64,000 nt of DNA from Cirrosporium novae-zelandiae (GCA_026023565.1 JAPETS010000001.1:1116001-1180000), one strand, 5' to 3'; numbered from the stretch's first letter, positions 13,124 to 27,721 are shown. Notes: a model not told the origin generated them from the sequence alone. A program made the numbers and translations.

Positions 13124-13992
13124 ATGGCATCACTTGAACAATCAATCACTCTTGAGGTCAAGGGAAAAATTGCTATTATCACTTTGAATCTTCCTCAGAA
13201 ACTTAATGCCTTGACTCAAGATCTTTACTATCGATTGGCAACTCTCATGCGCCAAATTGCTAGTCGCGACGATATCTACATCACTCTTCTGACTGGCAAG
13301 GGACGATACTTTTCCGCGTATGCTGGAGCCCTCGCTCTACCTTTCCCAGATACTAATATAACTCCAGGGGTGCTGATGTGACCATCTCCCGTGAGCAACC
13401 AGAAGATGCAGACGCTTATCGTCATTGGCTTCGTTCCTTCGTGGCAAACAACCTAGAAATCACCCGTACTTTTTATACGCATCCTAAGATTCTTGTTACT
13501 GCACTGAATGGCCCAGCTGTGGGATTGTCTGCTGCTCTCATTGCCTTCAGCGACTTTATATATGCTGCTCCACACGCCTTCATTCTCACGCCATTTAGCA
13601 GCCTGGGCCTAGTGGCAGAAGGAGGAGCCAGCCGATCCTTCGTTCAACGGCTCGGTATTGCCAAGGCTAACGAAGCTCTGATAATGTCGAAACGTATACC
13701 CGCCGAGGAATTATTACAAGTAGGCTTCATCAATAAAATATTCGACACCGGGAAGGATGAAGATGCCAAGTTCCTCGGGCTTGTTTTGGAAGAGTTAAAC
13801 GAGCGCCTTGGGGATCATCTGAATGGTGATAGCTTGCTCAAAATCAAGGGTTTAATTCAGAAGCCTGAAAGAGACACGATGGATGCTCAAGGGGTTGCAG
13901 AAGTGTTTGCAGGACTAGATCGATTTGTCAACAAAATTCCACAAGAAGAGTTCAAAAAATTAGCATCAGGGGAAAAGAGACATAAACTATGA
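13124..13992 (+). CDS. ECI1: Peroxisomal delta3,delta2-enoyl-CoA isomerase (crotonase fold)
   Basis: KLNAL, GRYFSA|GADV, LNGPAVGLSAA, LGLVAEGG; C-terminal PTS1-like HKL; intron 13318-13367. Start could be 13115. Confidence 0.9.
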
Positions 13993-14992
13993 CAGGGGCA
14001 TCCTATAGGAGGATATAATTAGAGAAGAGTTTCATATTGAAGATGCCTTAGAAAGGCATCAATATCTCTCTCATTAGACATAATATGTTGACTTTAAAAC
14101 AATTGATTTAGAAACACAAACTACTGGCTCGTGCAAGCCACAACCCAGAATTATGGTTGAAAGCTCGGAAGGATACCTCATGTACTGTACATGTATGTCA
14201 GTGTAATACGAAACTAAGGTACACGAGGACACGTACTTAAGAAAGTTGTAAAGCACATGGAAAGATTCGAGGCAGCAGCACAAAGACATAATTAATAATT
14301 AATGTAAGTCATAAGTTTGAAATACAGAGGCATAAAAAGTTGAGACGAAATCAAGCTTTCCTAGGATGAACCCAGCCATCCATGCCAGCTTTCCATATCG
14401 GGTTCCCCTCCTCTCTACCCCTCGATCCTAAGCCAAGGTGGAAAGTAAAGACCAAGAACGCTAAAACACATTCATTATCTACATACATGGACACGGGAAT
14501 AATTTTTATAATTTTGTTGCCTGAATAAATCAAGTAGCCCATATTTGTCAGGTAAGCATACGTAAGACTGTAGGTTTTTTTTAGTGAAGGCTGAGTTTCT
14601 TTGCCAAGATCAACAGCTTGCAACAGAAAATAAGAAGCAGAAGACAGACCAACAGTGGAGAGAACTAACTACCTCTTTCTCTCTCTCTGTCTCTTCGTTG
14701 GCTTGAAGTTGGAAAGTGTTGGATTGTTGTTCATCCGGTCGCTATTTCCTACCGTAGAACGCCCGACTTATCGACCGCTAAGGCAGCATCAATTCAGGTT
14801 CCACCCACAGAACTTCTTTTGTCTACTTCCCACTCCATCCCCATCGACAGCATCAAATACGAGCCTTTTACTCTTCCGGTGTTTCCTCTTCATTCATCTT
14901 TGAAAAGAGACTTTCCGTCTTCGCCTTTTGCTCTATCCTAATCTTTTGTTCTTAGACCGCCCTTTACTCCTTAACTTGCAAAATCAATCATC

Positions 14993-16549
<1,557 letters not shown>

Positions 16550-16558
16550 GCTCCTAAA

Positions 16559-16617
16559 GTATGCCATTCGTCCTCTAGCCAGTCAATGAGCAATTGCTAA
16601 TCCCTGCCTTGAAATAG
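16559..16617 (+). other. Intron in the actin 3' UTR
   Basis: GTATGC donor 9 nt after the stop codon, GCTAAT branch site, TAG acceptor; 59 nt. Confidence 0.8.
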
Positions 16618-17089
16618 TCAAATTCTTCTTGAGATGACGACATGCCTTTCGTATCTTCTCTACGAAATGCAAGCGAAACTGTTAGACTGTGTAGTTGTTG
16701 CTGCCGGTGGAGGCTTTTTATGATGAGCGGAAGATTCGTGGGATAGAGCATGGCTTTTTACTAAGAGGATTAGTGGCGGGTACATGGTGACGGACGGGCT
16801 CGGGGTTTCTTTCATAACCTACATTAGTAGTACTGTCTGGCCTGAAAGTTGTTTTTATCATGTGCTAAGCACTGATCCTGTCCACATGTCTCTACAATCT
16901 TAAATGTTGGCAATTCAGAAAGGCTACCATAATAATTGACAGTAAGAAGACGATGCTCGTAGTGTCTGTGGGTGAGAAGAAGTGTAGTTATGACTAATGA
17001 ACTCTGGCATGGTGTTGTGTGCCTCTCATTCTATTTACCCAGCTAGGTTATCCAACGTCGTTAGTTATTGGTAGTGGAATACTTTGTAA

Positions 17090-18290
17090 GATAATACACG
17101 CATACATATAGATATACACCTATGTACATGCACTTGTACCTATGTCCCCATCATACATACGTACGCGCCTCGATTATTGGTGCATGCTGACTGCGTCCTT
17201 TGGTCCTTTAGTCCGTTCGTTCGTTTATCTTTCTGATTGTTTTTGTCCGTCTGTCTGTCTGTCTAGTTAGCGACCCTCTACTTGAGTAGCATCCATGACA
17301 TTCATTCATTGGAAGGCTGTAGTTGCCGATGCAAGTAAGTACTGTGCAGTACATTGACTAGCTAGCTAGTTTATAGATATAGAGTTTTTCTGACATGCAT
17401 ATGCGTATACGTACACACACACAGAGAGAGCCCCAATTGTGCGAATATCGGAAATTTTTATTTAATTTGATTTAGTTCCAATTCAATTCAATTCAAACTC
17501 ATGCATATACATATATTATACATACATACATCAGTTAGTTCTGCGTTACAGTACAGTACAGTGTGTAGTAATACTAGAAAAGAAAAATACATCCCTTCTT
17601 CCTTCCATACCCACCTAAAGCATACATACTTAAGTAAGAAATTCAAGATCCCCATAATCCATAATCTTCGGGGATTAAGGATTAGGGATTAAGGATTTTT
17701 GTAAATGAGGGCATGAGTCAGCTACTTAAGTTATGTTATGTTATTGGCGTATGTATGTTGTTTATGTGAGGAGGGAAGGGGCGATCGATTATAGGCTACT
17801 TGGTTAATTGATTAGTTGATTGATTAATTTATTCATTCAATTCGTCGATTAATTGAATTGATTGATTAATTGATTAGCAACTAGGATAGATAGGATAGAT
17901 ATGATTCGATCCGGACGGATCAATAAATAATGCATACCCCTCGTGCCCTATATATATATATATCTACCTTACTTAAACCCTTTCTTGGTAGATCCATCCA
18001 TCCATCTAACCAAGTCTCTCCCTCCCTCGGGCTCTCTATGCTGAGTTTGAGGTACAGTAATTATATAGAAAGAAGTTACAGTAGATAAGCAGCGAACTTT
18101 TTGCTTTTTCCTTTTGCTTAAAAATCCCAATATTACCAAAATGGGGAAAAAGGGAAGAAAAAACAAGAAGAAAAGAATGTTTGGTCTCTTTTTTTTTTTT
18201 TTTAGAATCCTATGCTTAGTTAGTTAGCCGCTTAGTTTATAATATGCTACTTAGGTAAGGTAGGTATAGATAATTATATATAGATATCGG
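17090..18290. repeat. Low-complexity island of short simple repeats
   Basis: (CTGT)n, (AATTC)n, (GATT/AATT)n, (GATAG)n, (TA)n and poly-T tracts between the convergent actin and GH3-like genes; no credible ORF. Confidence 0.7.
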
Positions 18291-19251
18291 TGTGTGTGGG
18301 TGTAAAGTGCGAGGGACAATGCGCCGGATTTGGAAAGTTTAGACCCTTAGTTAATTAGGGGCGCTTGGGTTGTTTTGGCGGTTGGCCCTGCAGAAAAGGA
18401 AAAGAACTTATATGGACATTTGAATCAGAGGTATTTGGGTCCGCCATCGGAAACGAATGCCAATAAGTGACAAAAGCCCGGCAGCGAAAAAAAATTTCAA
18501 ATGAATCAAAGGAAAAAAAAAAAACAGAATGCCCCCCTTTTATACTCCGGTTCTGTGTGGTATGATTGTAATACCAAATAAAAAAATTTCAAATAATCAG
18601 AAGGTAAAAAAGACTATTTCAAAGGTCGATCGATGGCAAGTGTTTTCCCTCACTTCCTCCATTTCCCTCTATACACACGCTCTCACCCACGGTTATTATG
18701 CACTAGACACTAAGATAGTCTTTGTTTCTCTTTCTCTTGCTCTGTTTCTTTGCAAGATATACATATATATATCAGAGTGCCACCCATGCCCTCCACGCAT
18801 GAAACAGGTCGCTAATGGTCAAACGACGATGAAAATGCAGTAATGAGCTTGCGAGCCCTCCCAACTCCTGAGCTAAATGCGCAGCTAGGTATGTACGTAT
18901 GAGTGTTTTGTATGTATATTCGTTATCTCGAGACTGGGGGATAAGATCGAGATCAAGTCGTATAGTTTTGTCAGACTATGTTGTGGGTGGATGGATAGCT
19001 AGGGATATAATTGGATAGCTAATTGAAATATTGAATATGTTGAAAGATGGCGTGATGTGACGTAGCGTAGTATTGGACCTGGATGATTTGAAGATATTTG
19101 TTGTTCATCATCATAGCTCTCCTTCCATCTGATAGGTAATGGATAGTTCAGCCGAAAGTGAGATGACTAGGCAGTTTAATCATACACTGGGCCGCAACGT
19201 GGCATGTTAATTTATCAAGGTTTTTGGTTTGTCCGGTCCTTGGTCCGGGTC

Positions 19252-21559
19252 TCACGATTGGTACGGACTCCCAGAGCTTCTACTCGTACCTCCGCTTCTT
19301 ACTGGAACCACACCCCCAGCCTCTCTTTCCCCAAAAATGACTTCCACGGCTGCTTTCAACGCAGGCGGCGTATACTCAAAAGTGCACAAATACGTATCTG
19401 CCAACTGCACCTGTCCAAGAAGGTCCCTTGGATCGCATGCCCCAATGGTTACTACCGGGATTTTATGTCTGCAGATATCGCGCACTGTACGCAGAGCCCG
19501 GAGTTGGGAATCATGTTGGGTGGTCTGGGTTGTACATGCAACGAATATGACAGCGGCCGCGCGAGAGAGGAATGTTGCGTGTACTGAGGTAATGCCTAGC
19601 GTGAAGTCGTAGGGCACATGGCGGAGCTTGTTGTGACGGCGAGCGAGGGCACGACCAAGGGGTTCAAAAGGGTCGAGGTTTTGTGAGGGGTCGAGGAGAG
19701 GGACAATAGGTGTAAGAAGAACAACGAAAGAAGAAGGGTCAAGGTCAGGAAGAGTACTGAGGGTATGTATATTAGAGCGAACAAGAGCAGTGGATTTGCG
19801 AAAAGCGCGTTCGACAAGAGGAGTGTGAGCACTTTTGAGGTCGCGAAGGTGGGATAGGTCGGGAGTAGCAAGGGCAGTTATCCAAGAGAGGTTGTTGGAT
19901 TTAAGAAGCTCAATGCCAGAGACGGCGGCGTTGATAACTTCGGGCGGGAGTTGGTCGACTTGGAGGGCTCTATATATAGCTTCGATGGTGTTTTCTAATT
20001 CCGCTGGGCTCTTGTCAAGATACACAAGATCGGCATTCATTTGCATTGCGTAGATAGCACTGTGTACCTGGCAGCGGAACTCGTTGGGTTGGACCTTGGA
20101 GCAATCGTTTATAGTGAGTCCTTGAAACCCGAGCTCCCGTCGCAGATGGTCATGTACCAATCGCTGCCCAATTAGTGGCCCGTCGAGAAGCTTTTCGTTG
20201 GTTGATGCGGTCTGAAGAATGCTTTTAACCTCCGGCTGTGACAACGTCCGCTGAGCTAGCAATGCTTGATCGTGAGATTCGATTTCAGATGGACAATGCA
20301 AATATTTTGCCGTTGCAATGATCCTTCCAGCCTCCAAGCCTCTTAATGAGGCGAGCAGCTGATCGTGAATAGTCTGAATATTATCTCCAAATTTTCCCGG
20401 AGTCAACAGAGGAGGTGTGTCATCCTTGACCATTTCCATGGATGGCCCAAGAAGCCAATTGATACCCAGTGCAACCAACTCTTTCGCAAGAGCCTCGGTA
20501 ACCTCTTGGGTGAGTTTGCTGTCCGAAGCTGCTGCCAAGGCTTGCGATGCTGGGAACTGAGTAACCTCGAGTTTTCCTAAAAGTGTACTAAACTAAAATG
20601 GCCGAGATGTTAGTCTGCTCTTTCTACATAAGTACTGGCTTGTAGACAAAGACAGGTGGTAACACAAATCAATAGCATCAAAATGGTCAGAGCCTACGAA
20701 AAAAAAAGAGAGGAAGAATCAAGGCAATGCATTATCTTGAAATGATAAAAGCTAAATTCAATAATTGAAAAACGAAAACCTAGAAAGGTAATCATGTTCA
20801 AAAAGTAGGAAGGAACCAAATCATAGATCTGATTGTTTCTAGGTGGTAAGGTTCTCCGAATCAAATGCACAAAGGTCAGGGGTAACTTCACTGCAAGACA
20901 ACAAATATTGCACATTTTCATCGTCATGCAATATAGGCATGAAAATACATGTCCTCAAAATCAAATGACTACTTACGTTATCCTCTCCCAAGTCTAATCC
21001 AATAAGTAGTGGTTGCTCGTAATCGGCGTCTTTAGCAATATTCTGCAAAGCATTCGTTAAATTTGCTGTCTGTTCACTGTCTAAAACACTTCAACTTGAG
21101 CTCAATCAATCTCGACAGTTCAAGGGCCAACCTTTAATATTATTAGAGGTGAGAACGATGCCGCCGATAAAGTAGTCTTTTATTAATGTTTGGATGCTTT
21201 CAGAGGAGATATGGTCGTCAAAGCTGACAACCAACATCTGCCCCACGCGGCTATGTTTATGTTAGTATATTCGACAGAATTCGAAAGCACGTCTATACTC
21301 ACCGTCTAAGTCTCTCATCGAGTTCCTCCGTCACCTCAGGTGCTTCAGAGGCCACCCTTAATCTGCAGCATGCGCGTGACTAGGTGTGTTCAGCTTGATT
21401 ACCTGATGAACAGAACAGTTGGCGAGGGGACTTACCAATGCCATTAGCGTCTTTCTGGACCCTTTCAAGATCATTTACCTGGAGCAGACTTTCAAAAGGA
21501 TGGACAGTTCCGCCGTCATAAACAAATATTGGAAATTGTAACCCGTTTAACCCAGGCAT
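19252..21559 (-). CDS. GH3 beta-N-acetylhexosaminidase-like protein with degenerate catalytic motifs
   Basis: RVGQMLVVSF, GGIVL, PLLIGLD, LGINWLLGP, FGDN, LRRELGFQGLTINDC, plus a C-terminal alpha/beta domain (YLCTFEYTPPALKAAVEVIFGE). Exons 21559-21479 (uncertain; alternative 21474-21436), 21379-21303, 21250-21132, 21080-20977, 20592-19252 join in frame, about 570 aa. Confidence 0.78.
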
Positions 21560-24500
21560 CACAACTGGTGGTGAAAAGTCTAATCTAGTTTAGAAGGTGT
21601 GGACATGGAGGTAGTGACAAGTGAAAGCACGACTATGGAGGATCTAAATTAGGGTAGATGGACATGATTAAAGTAGTGGGATCCAGGATACCATGTTGCT
21701 TCCACAAAAGACCGGATCAGATAAGGGGACTAAATAAAGGACTGCGAATATGATATAAAGGTCTAGGGTAATCAAGGGCCGGCAAATGGAGCGTAGGTGG
21801 GATGAGGGAAAGCGATCTCCACAGATCCGTTGAACCTTAAAGGTCGTTAGAATAACGTTGAAGGATAATATCGGACGAGAAGAATCAAGACAATTAGAAT
21901 TATGAGTCGAATCGAGTCCGTCAGTTAGATCTTCTTGAACCGATAGAGGCATCTTGTTGCTCCAATGAGAGCTACTAGGTATGGGCAGTCTGTGTTACAT
22001 TCACTTCAGACCCATGTTTGCTGAAGTTGGAAGCACAATTTTTTGTTTTTGGTGTGAAGATTTGAACCAGGTTAAAGGAAAGTCTAGCGTGTGTAGGGCC
22101 TGGGGGGATCGGATGGGGGGGGGGGAAGGGGGGATATGTGATAACAAGTTTGACAAATTTAACAGGGTTTTCCACGAATCGACTCCGGAGGGGGGGAAAA
22201 TAAAAAGAAAGAGACTTTTAGATCCAGCAAAAGTCTCTTTTGCAGGAAAACTGCAACTGTGACTTGCGGACTTTTTGGAGACTGACTGTTTTGGATTTCT
22301 TTTCTTTTCTTTTCTTTTCTTTGTCTTCTCTTGCGCACACGAATAATGCAATAATAGCTGTTGGGTCAACCTATAGATAGATAATTGACTCTGAATCCCG
22401 AATACGGATGCTTCCGTAAACCATTTAACTACCTAGGTAGGGGAACCACTACTGTTGTCAACGAGTACTCAAAGAGTAGTAACAAGTAGTAACAAGTAGT
22501 AAAAAGTAGTAGTGGCCGGCTAGAGAGAACTGAAGGGGGGAGGGGGGGGGAGGAAGGTAACCTGCAAAACTGTAATAATGGACTATTCGGCCAAGACTAC
22601 CAGTAAAGGCATCTGGTCTCGATTGAGTAATTTTGTTTATTCAATTCAATCAATAATCCCATAAAGCACGATAAATACCACGGTAATAAATTCAAAATTG
22701 TTTTCCAAGGAGATGTCTGTCGTTGTTGGATTTCGTTCGTTTTGCTTTCTTTCGCCCCAAGGGCGCGTGTAATTTTCAAGCTTTGAATAATAACTAGGTC
22801 GGTAATTTGTACGCTTTCCGCCAGTAGGTCGACTTTTGGGGTGCACTGGTCCACTTGTAGCTCGTGTTGGATTTATTAGATAGAAGGATAGAAGAATCCA
22901 TCGATGCATCTCCCGCGCATGGACTCTCAAGGTTGATGGCCCTGGGTTCCCTAAGCTTGACGATGAAATCGGAACGGGGAAAACCAAGCATGGGGGTCCG
23001 CCCTTTAGACTTCCGGCTTTCTTAGAGGTCAGCGGGCATTTCCTTGGGCTTTTCTTGGGCACTCTTAGACCTCTTTAGACCCCTTAAACTCCTTAGTCTA
23101 GGGGCACACCCACCGAGATCCGAGAGCCTACTCGAGTCGAGCTTAGAGCCTAGAAGGGTGATCCATCATTCTGCCATCTGTCATCCTTCAATTCACCACA
23201 CATCAATCATCAAATCATCAAATCATCAATCATCCATCATCTCATCCGCCTTATCCAGTTCCTTCTTGCATTTAACCAGAGTGTATGTGTGGTTCGAGCG
23301 GTAGTGGTCTTGCTTGGTGTGGTCCAGGAGTCAGTGAATTAAGCCACCAAAGTTATGAAAGTGGAATATACATAATAATACACTCGATAGTTAAAATGTA
23401 TCCACCATTCTTTTCTTCTTCTTCTTTTTTCTTTTCAACTGTTAGTATTACTAGAATAGTAAGGATCAAGCGCAAAATGATTTGAGGCGTTGAGGCGTTA
23501 ACTAGGCAGTAGTAAATTGTCTTTATTGGTCTAAAACCCTAGAGAAGACCTTAGAAAGGGCTCTAAACTCCCCCTCTAACTGGTCCCCCCCTCCCTCCAA
23601 AAAGCCGTCAACCCCACTGCTCTCTGCATCCATGCCAATTCAACTGCATTTACTTGCATCGCTTGCATCAAACTTACATTTCGCTTATACCTTGCCTACA
23701 TCTTCGAGAGCTACATAAACAATACACACGTACAATTCCCACCCATACGAGGCATATCCAATATCCAACATATCACCAGGTTCACCTCCTCCTTCGGGGA
23801 TCAACCCTTCTCCTCCCACCCTCCATCCATCTTTAATTTTCTGCCTCGTCAGCCCTGTTACTATCCGTCAACGCCCGCCCACAAGTATCCCTGGCCTCAA
23901 ACTGCCCTGACAGCACCATGCCTAAACACGTTCCAAATACCTAACCCTTAAGATAAGAAGTTATGGCACCTGCCTGTAAACCTATTTCATTACATTAATT
24001 CCTGCAAATCTGTCTAATCGCATGCCATGAAAACCATTCTCTGCGCTCTGCCGCACAGTTATCACAAACAGCTTACTGCATAATCGCTAATAATTAATAT
24101 TCTAAATCGTTCATGTTTCTCTAACCCCACTAGGTTGCTTCGGTCTTTGGTCTATTAGGAAGCCTTCCGAACCCCTCTGCGCTTTTTCTTATGCAATTCT
24201 GACTCGCCATCTCGATCGTGTTACACAAAAGAAAACTTCTAGAAACGAGGCAGGCAATCCTCCGAGCCGACCTCCGGCCTCCTCACACCGGCCATGTTTT
24301 CACTTCACTCGGTTGCACAAATATCATTGATCAGGCTGAATGCGCGGATCCCCAGTCCTTTTTGACTATTGCTTTGGCCCTGCAATTGACGCTATTCGTT
24401 TCATCTAGCATTTATGCGGTCGAACATGCACTTTGGAAGCAAGAGGGACCTTGGATTTTGCCCATCAAACGCCCAGTAAACCTATCGTTCCAGGATACTA

Positions 24501-24759
24501 CTTCTAGGGAGGTCTGCCCCGTGGCATCCACTCCAGAAGTCGTTTCAATTTAAAAAAATCATGTTATGGGATGGATGCAGCTTGCAACGATCCTTGGGGA
24601 ACGTACGATTATGATTGTGATGGTTCTAAAGCCGGGAAATGATGCCGGTAAATAGATAGCTAAAAGCTACCATGAAAAAATAATGCTTGTAAATTCACAG
24701 CAACCGAATATCGACGATGTAAAAGAAAAGAGGTCGTTAGAAACATCCAATATCCTGTC

Positions 24760-27368
24760 TTAATTCCAGGCTTCGAGTCCCTTGAGGATACAGGCTTGAT
24801 CAGTCCGCTCAACAAGCCTACCTATCTTGAAGACCTTTTCACCTATGGCTTCAATCTCTGTCATAATTTTTTCTGCCTCATGTTCAGGGACTGTAACGAC
24901 CATACCGATACCATTGTTAAAGGTTCGAGCCATTTCCATAGGAGCAATATTGCCAGCCCTCTTTAGCCATTTAAAAACAGGGGGTACGAACCACGAGGAT
25001 ACATCAATCTCAGCTGCGAGATACTTTGGGAGCATTCTGATTTGCGGTTAAATTAAAGTTTTTTAAATCAAAATGGTTGGAAAATCTTCTTACCTAGGGA
25101 CGTTTTCGACGAAACCTCCTCCCGTAATGTGGGACAAGCCTGTGATGGTCTCCTTTGCAGATATCTTAACAAGTGATTGGTAGATTCGGGTTGGTGTTAA
25201 AAGAGATAAGCCTATAGTCGTTGATTCATCCCATGGTGCAGGTGATTTATAGGTTAAGCCCTTTGCTGTAATGATTCTCCGTACCAATGAGAAGCCATTC
25301 GAGTGGATGCCGGTAGATGCGATACCGAGAAGAACATCGCCGCTCTTCATGCTACTCATTTGAGGGAGTATATTTTTCCTTTTCACCGCGCCTATAGCAA
25401 ATCCACCCACATCATAGCTGCCACCTTCAAACATGCCCGGCATCTCTGCGGTTTCGCCTCCAACGAGGGCACATTCAGCTTGTTTGCATCCTTCAGCGAT
25501 GCCTTGAATCACAGATTTAGCCACAGTGACATCTAGTTTGCTACATGAAAATATGTCCAGGAATAACAAAGGTTCAGCTCCTTGGACAATGAGATCGTTA
25601 GCGCTCATTGCAACAAGATCGATCCCGATAGTACTGTGCTCATTAATTTCACGTGCAATTTCTAGCTTAGTACCAACTCCATCGCAACAAGCAACAAGGA
25701 CTGATTCATCACCATGTCCGGCAGCTTTCAGGTCAAAGGTTCCACCGAATCCTCCAAGTTCAGTGTCGGCACCTGGACGTTTAGTAGAGCGGACGATTGG
25801 CTTTATCTGCTCGACAAGAAGGTTGCCATCATCTACAGAAACTCCAGCCTCAGCATATGTCATTGAGACAGGCTTGGATGCATGTTCAAATGCCCTATAT
25901 CTCGAATTAGTTTAGATGTCCTTTAGAAAGCGAGAGAATTCATGGCTAACTTCTGGGTAGAAACAGAGTTCAACCACTGAATTCTGTCACTGGTTTCCAT
26001 TCAGTATGGAGTTCTTTGTCACTTACCTGTGTGCAATATCGTGCCGATAATGCATGTTTTCGAACTTAATGTTCGACATACCCGCATATGCGTTCGATAC
26101 AGCCTCTTTTAGAGTGCTACCAATCGCCGTTGATGCCAAAACACGACCTCCAGAGGTCCTCAAGGTCCCATCTTGTCGGGATGTTCCAGCATGGAAAACC
26201 AGGCTGTTCTCTTTCTTTCCTTTGATATTGATGACGATTCCTTTGGCATATGGCCCCGGATATCCACCTGCTGCTGCAACTACTGTAGTGACAAACTTGT
26301 CTTCAGTCTTTATATCAAGTGTGTCAAGCCATCCCTCTGTCGAGGCAACCATCAATTGAGCAAGATCGGTATTTAAAAGAGGGAGTACCGTTTGTGTTTC
26401 TGGATCACCGAATCGTACATTATATTCCAAAACTTTGGGACCGGTCTTGGTCATCATGAATCCTGTAAAGAGAATGCCACGGAAGGGGTAACCTTCTCTC
26501 CTCATACCGTCAATAGTTGGCTGTAGGATTTCCCGATGTATTTGAGCGATTGTGGCTTTGGTAACCAATGGGGTAGGCGCATAAGCACCCATTCCTCCAG
26601 TATTCAATCCAGTGTCATTGTCACCCACGCGCTTATGATCCTGGGCTGGTGGCAACGATCTGATTGTATATCCATCGCTGAAAGAGAGAATACTTAGTTC
26701 ATCTCCTGTCAAGAACTCCTCAATAACAATCTCGTTTCCAGCATCACCAAACTGTTTGTCTAGCATAATTTCTTTCAGAGATTGGTGTGCTTCTTCCTTA
26801 CTTGTAGGTATCAGCACACCTTTTCCCGCAGCAAGACCACTAGCTTTAATAACGATATCATGGTCGACCGTATCAATATATACCCTAGCTGACTCGTAAT
26901 CATTAAAATTCTGGTATTGTGCTGTGGGTATCTGGTATTTTCTCATGAAATCTTTCGCATATGTCTTGGAGCCTTCCAGGAGCGCTGCCTCTTTCGATGG
27001 CCCGAAGCAATTGATTCCAGCTAGTTGAGAATTAGAGAAGTTTCTTAGCATTGTAGGGATGTCATGCCTGCATGAAAGTATTCTTCAATGCCATCGATGA
27101 GAGGAGCTTCTGGTCCAGGCACCACCAAATTGATGTGGTTCTTCTTAGCAAATGCAACAAGACCATCAAAGTCGTCGGCCTTCACTGATGAGACATTCGT
27201 AGCTTTGGGAACTTCGCTGGTACCTCCATTTCCGGGAACAATTGCAATTGACTGAACTATAGGAGATTGGCTTAATTTCCAGGCCAGAGCATGCTCTCTT
27301 CCTCCATTTCCAACAAGTAGAACGCGTAATCGCTCCTCATGTAGCTTCTGAAGTCGCTTTCCGGGCAT
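24760..27368 (-). CDS. ADE5,7: Bifunctional GAR synthetase / AIR synthetase
   Basis: [41 protein letters not shown]; then [36 protein letters not shown]. Introns 27067-27021 (GC-AG), 26026-25895, 25093-25037. Confidence 0.97.
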
Positions 27369-27721
27369 CTTGAACTAATAATTCTGTTTAGAGTTAGCTT
27401 ATAACTTGTTCACAAACTATGAAGTAGAAATTATCATCTAGAGCCTTCGCGCAAAACCTATTGTGAGAATACTTATCACATACCAACCTTGCCTTGTGGG
27501 TGAATACGGGGTATAACCGAATAGTTGAAATATTCTGAGAGAAATTGTCACAATTAACTAAGGAAAAGGAATAAGGAGTGGCGGCGATTATCGCAACTGG
27601 AATTCGGAAGGCTTTCTAAAAAATTCTTTTCCAGTGACGCAGGGCTATCGATAAAAATTTATCAATGGTGGGGGCGGGGAAGGTTAATGTGGGTAATCCT
27701 TAAGGTTGGTGGTAATGATAG

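Noticed and set aside
18824..18836. GACGATGAAA recurring near the GH3-like gene (also about 20925 minus, 22959 plus)
   Set aside because: Short motif, mixed orientations, no shared flanks; cannot be separated from chance without statistics.
21600..24600. Numerous 60-140-aa track ORFs upstream of the GH3-like gene
   Set aside because: Low complexity, mostly non-ATG starts, no recognisable motifs or consistent splice structure; treated as non-coding.
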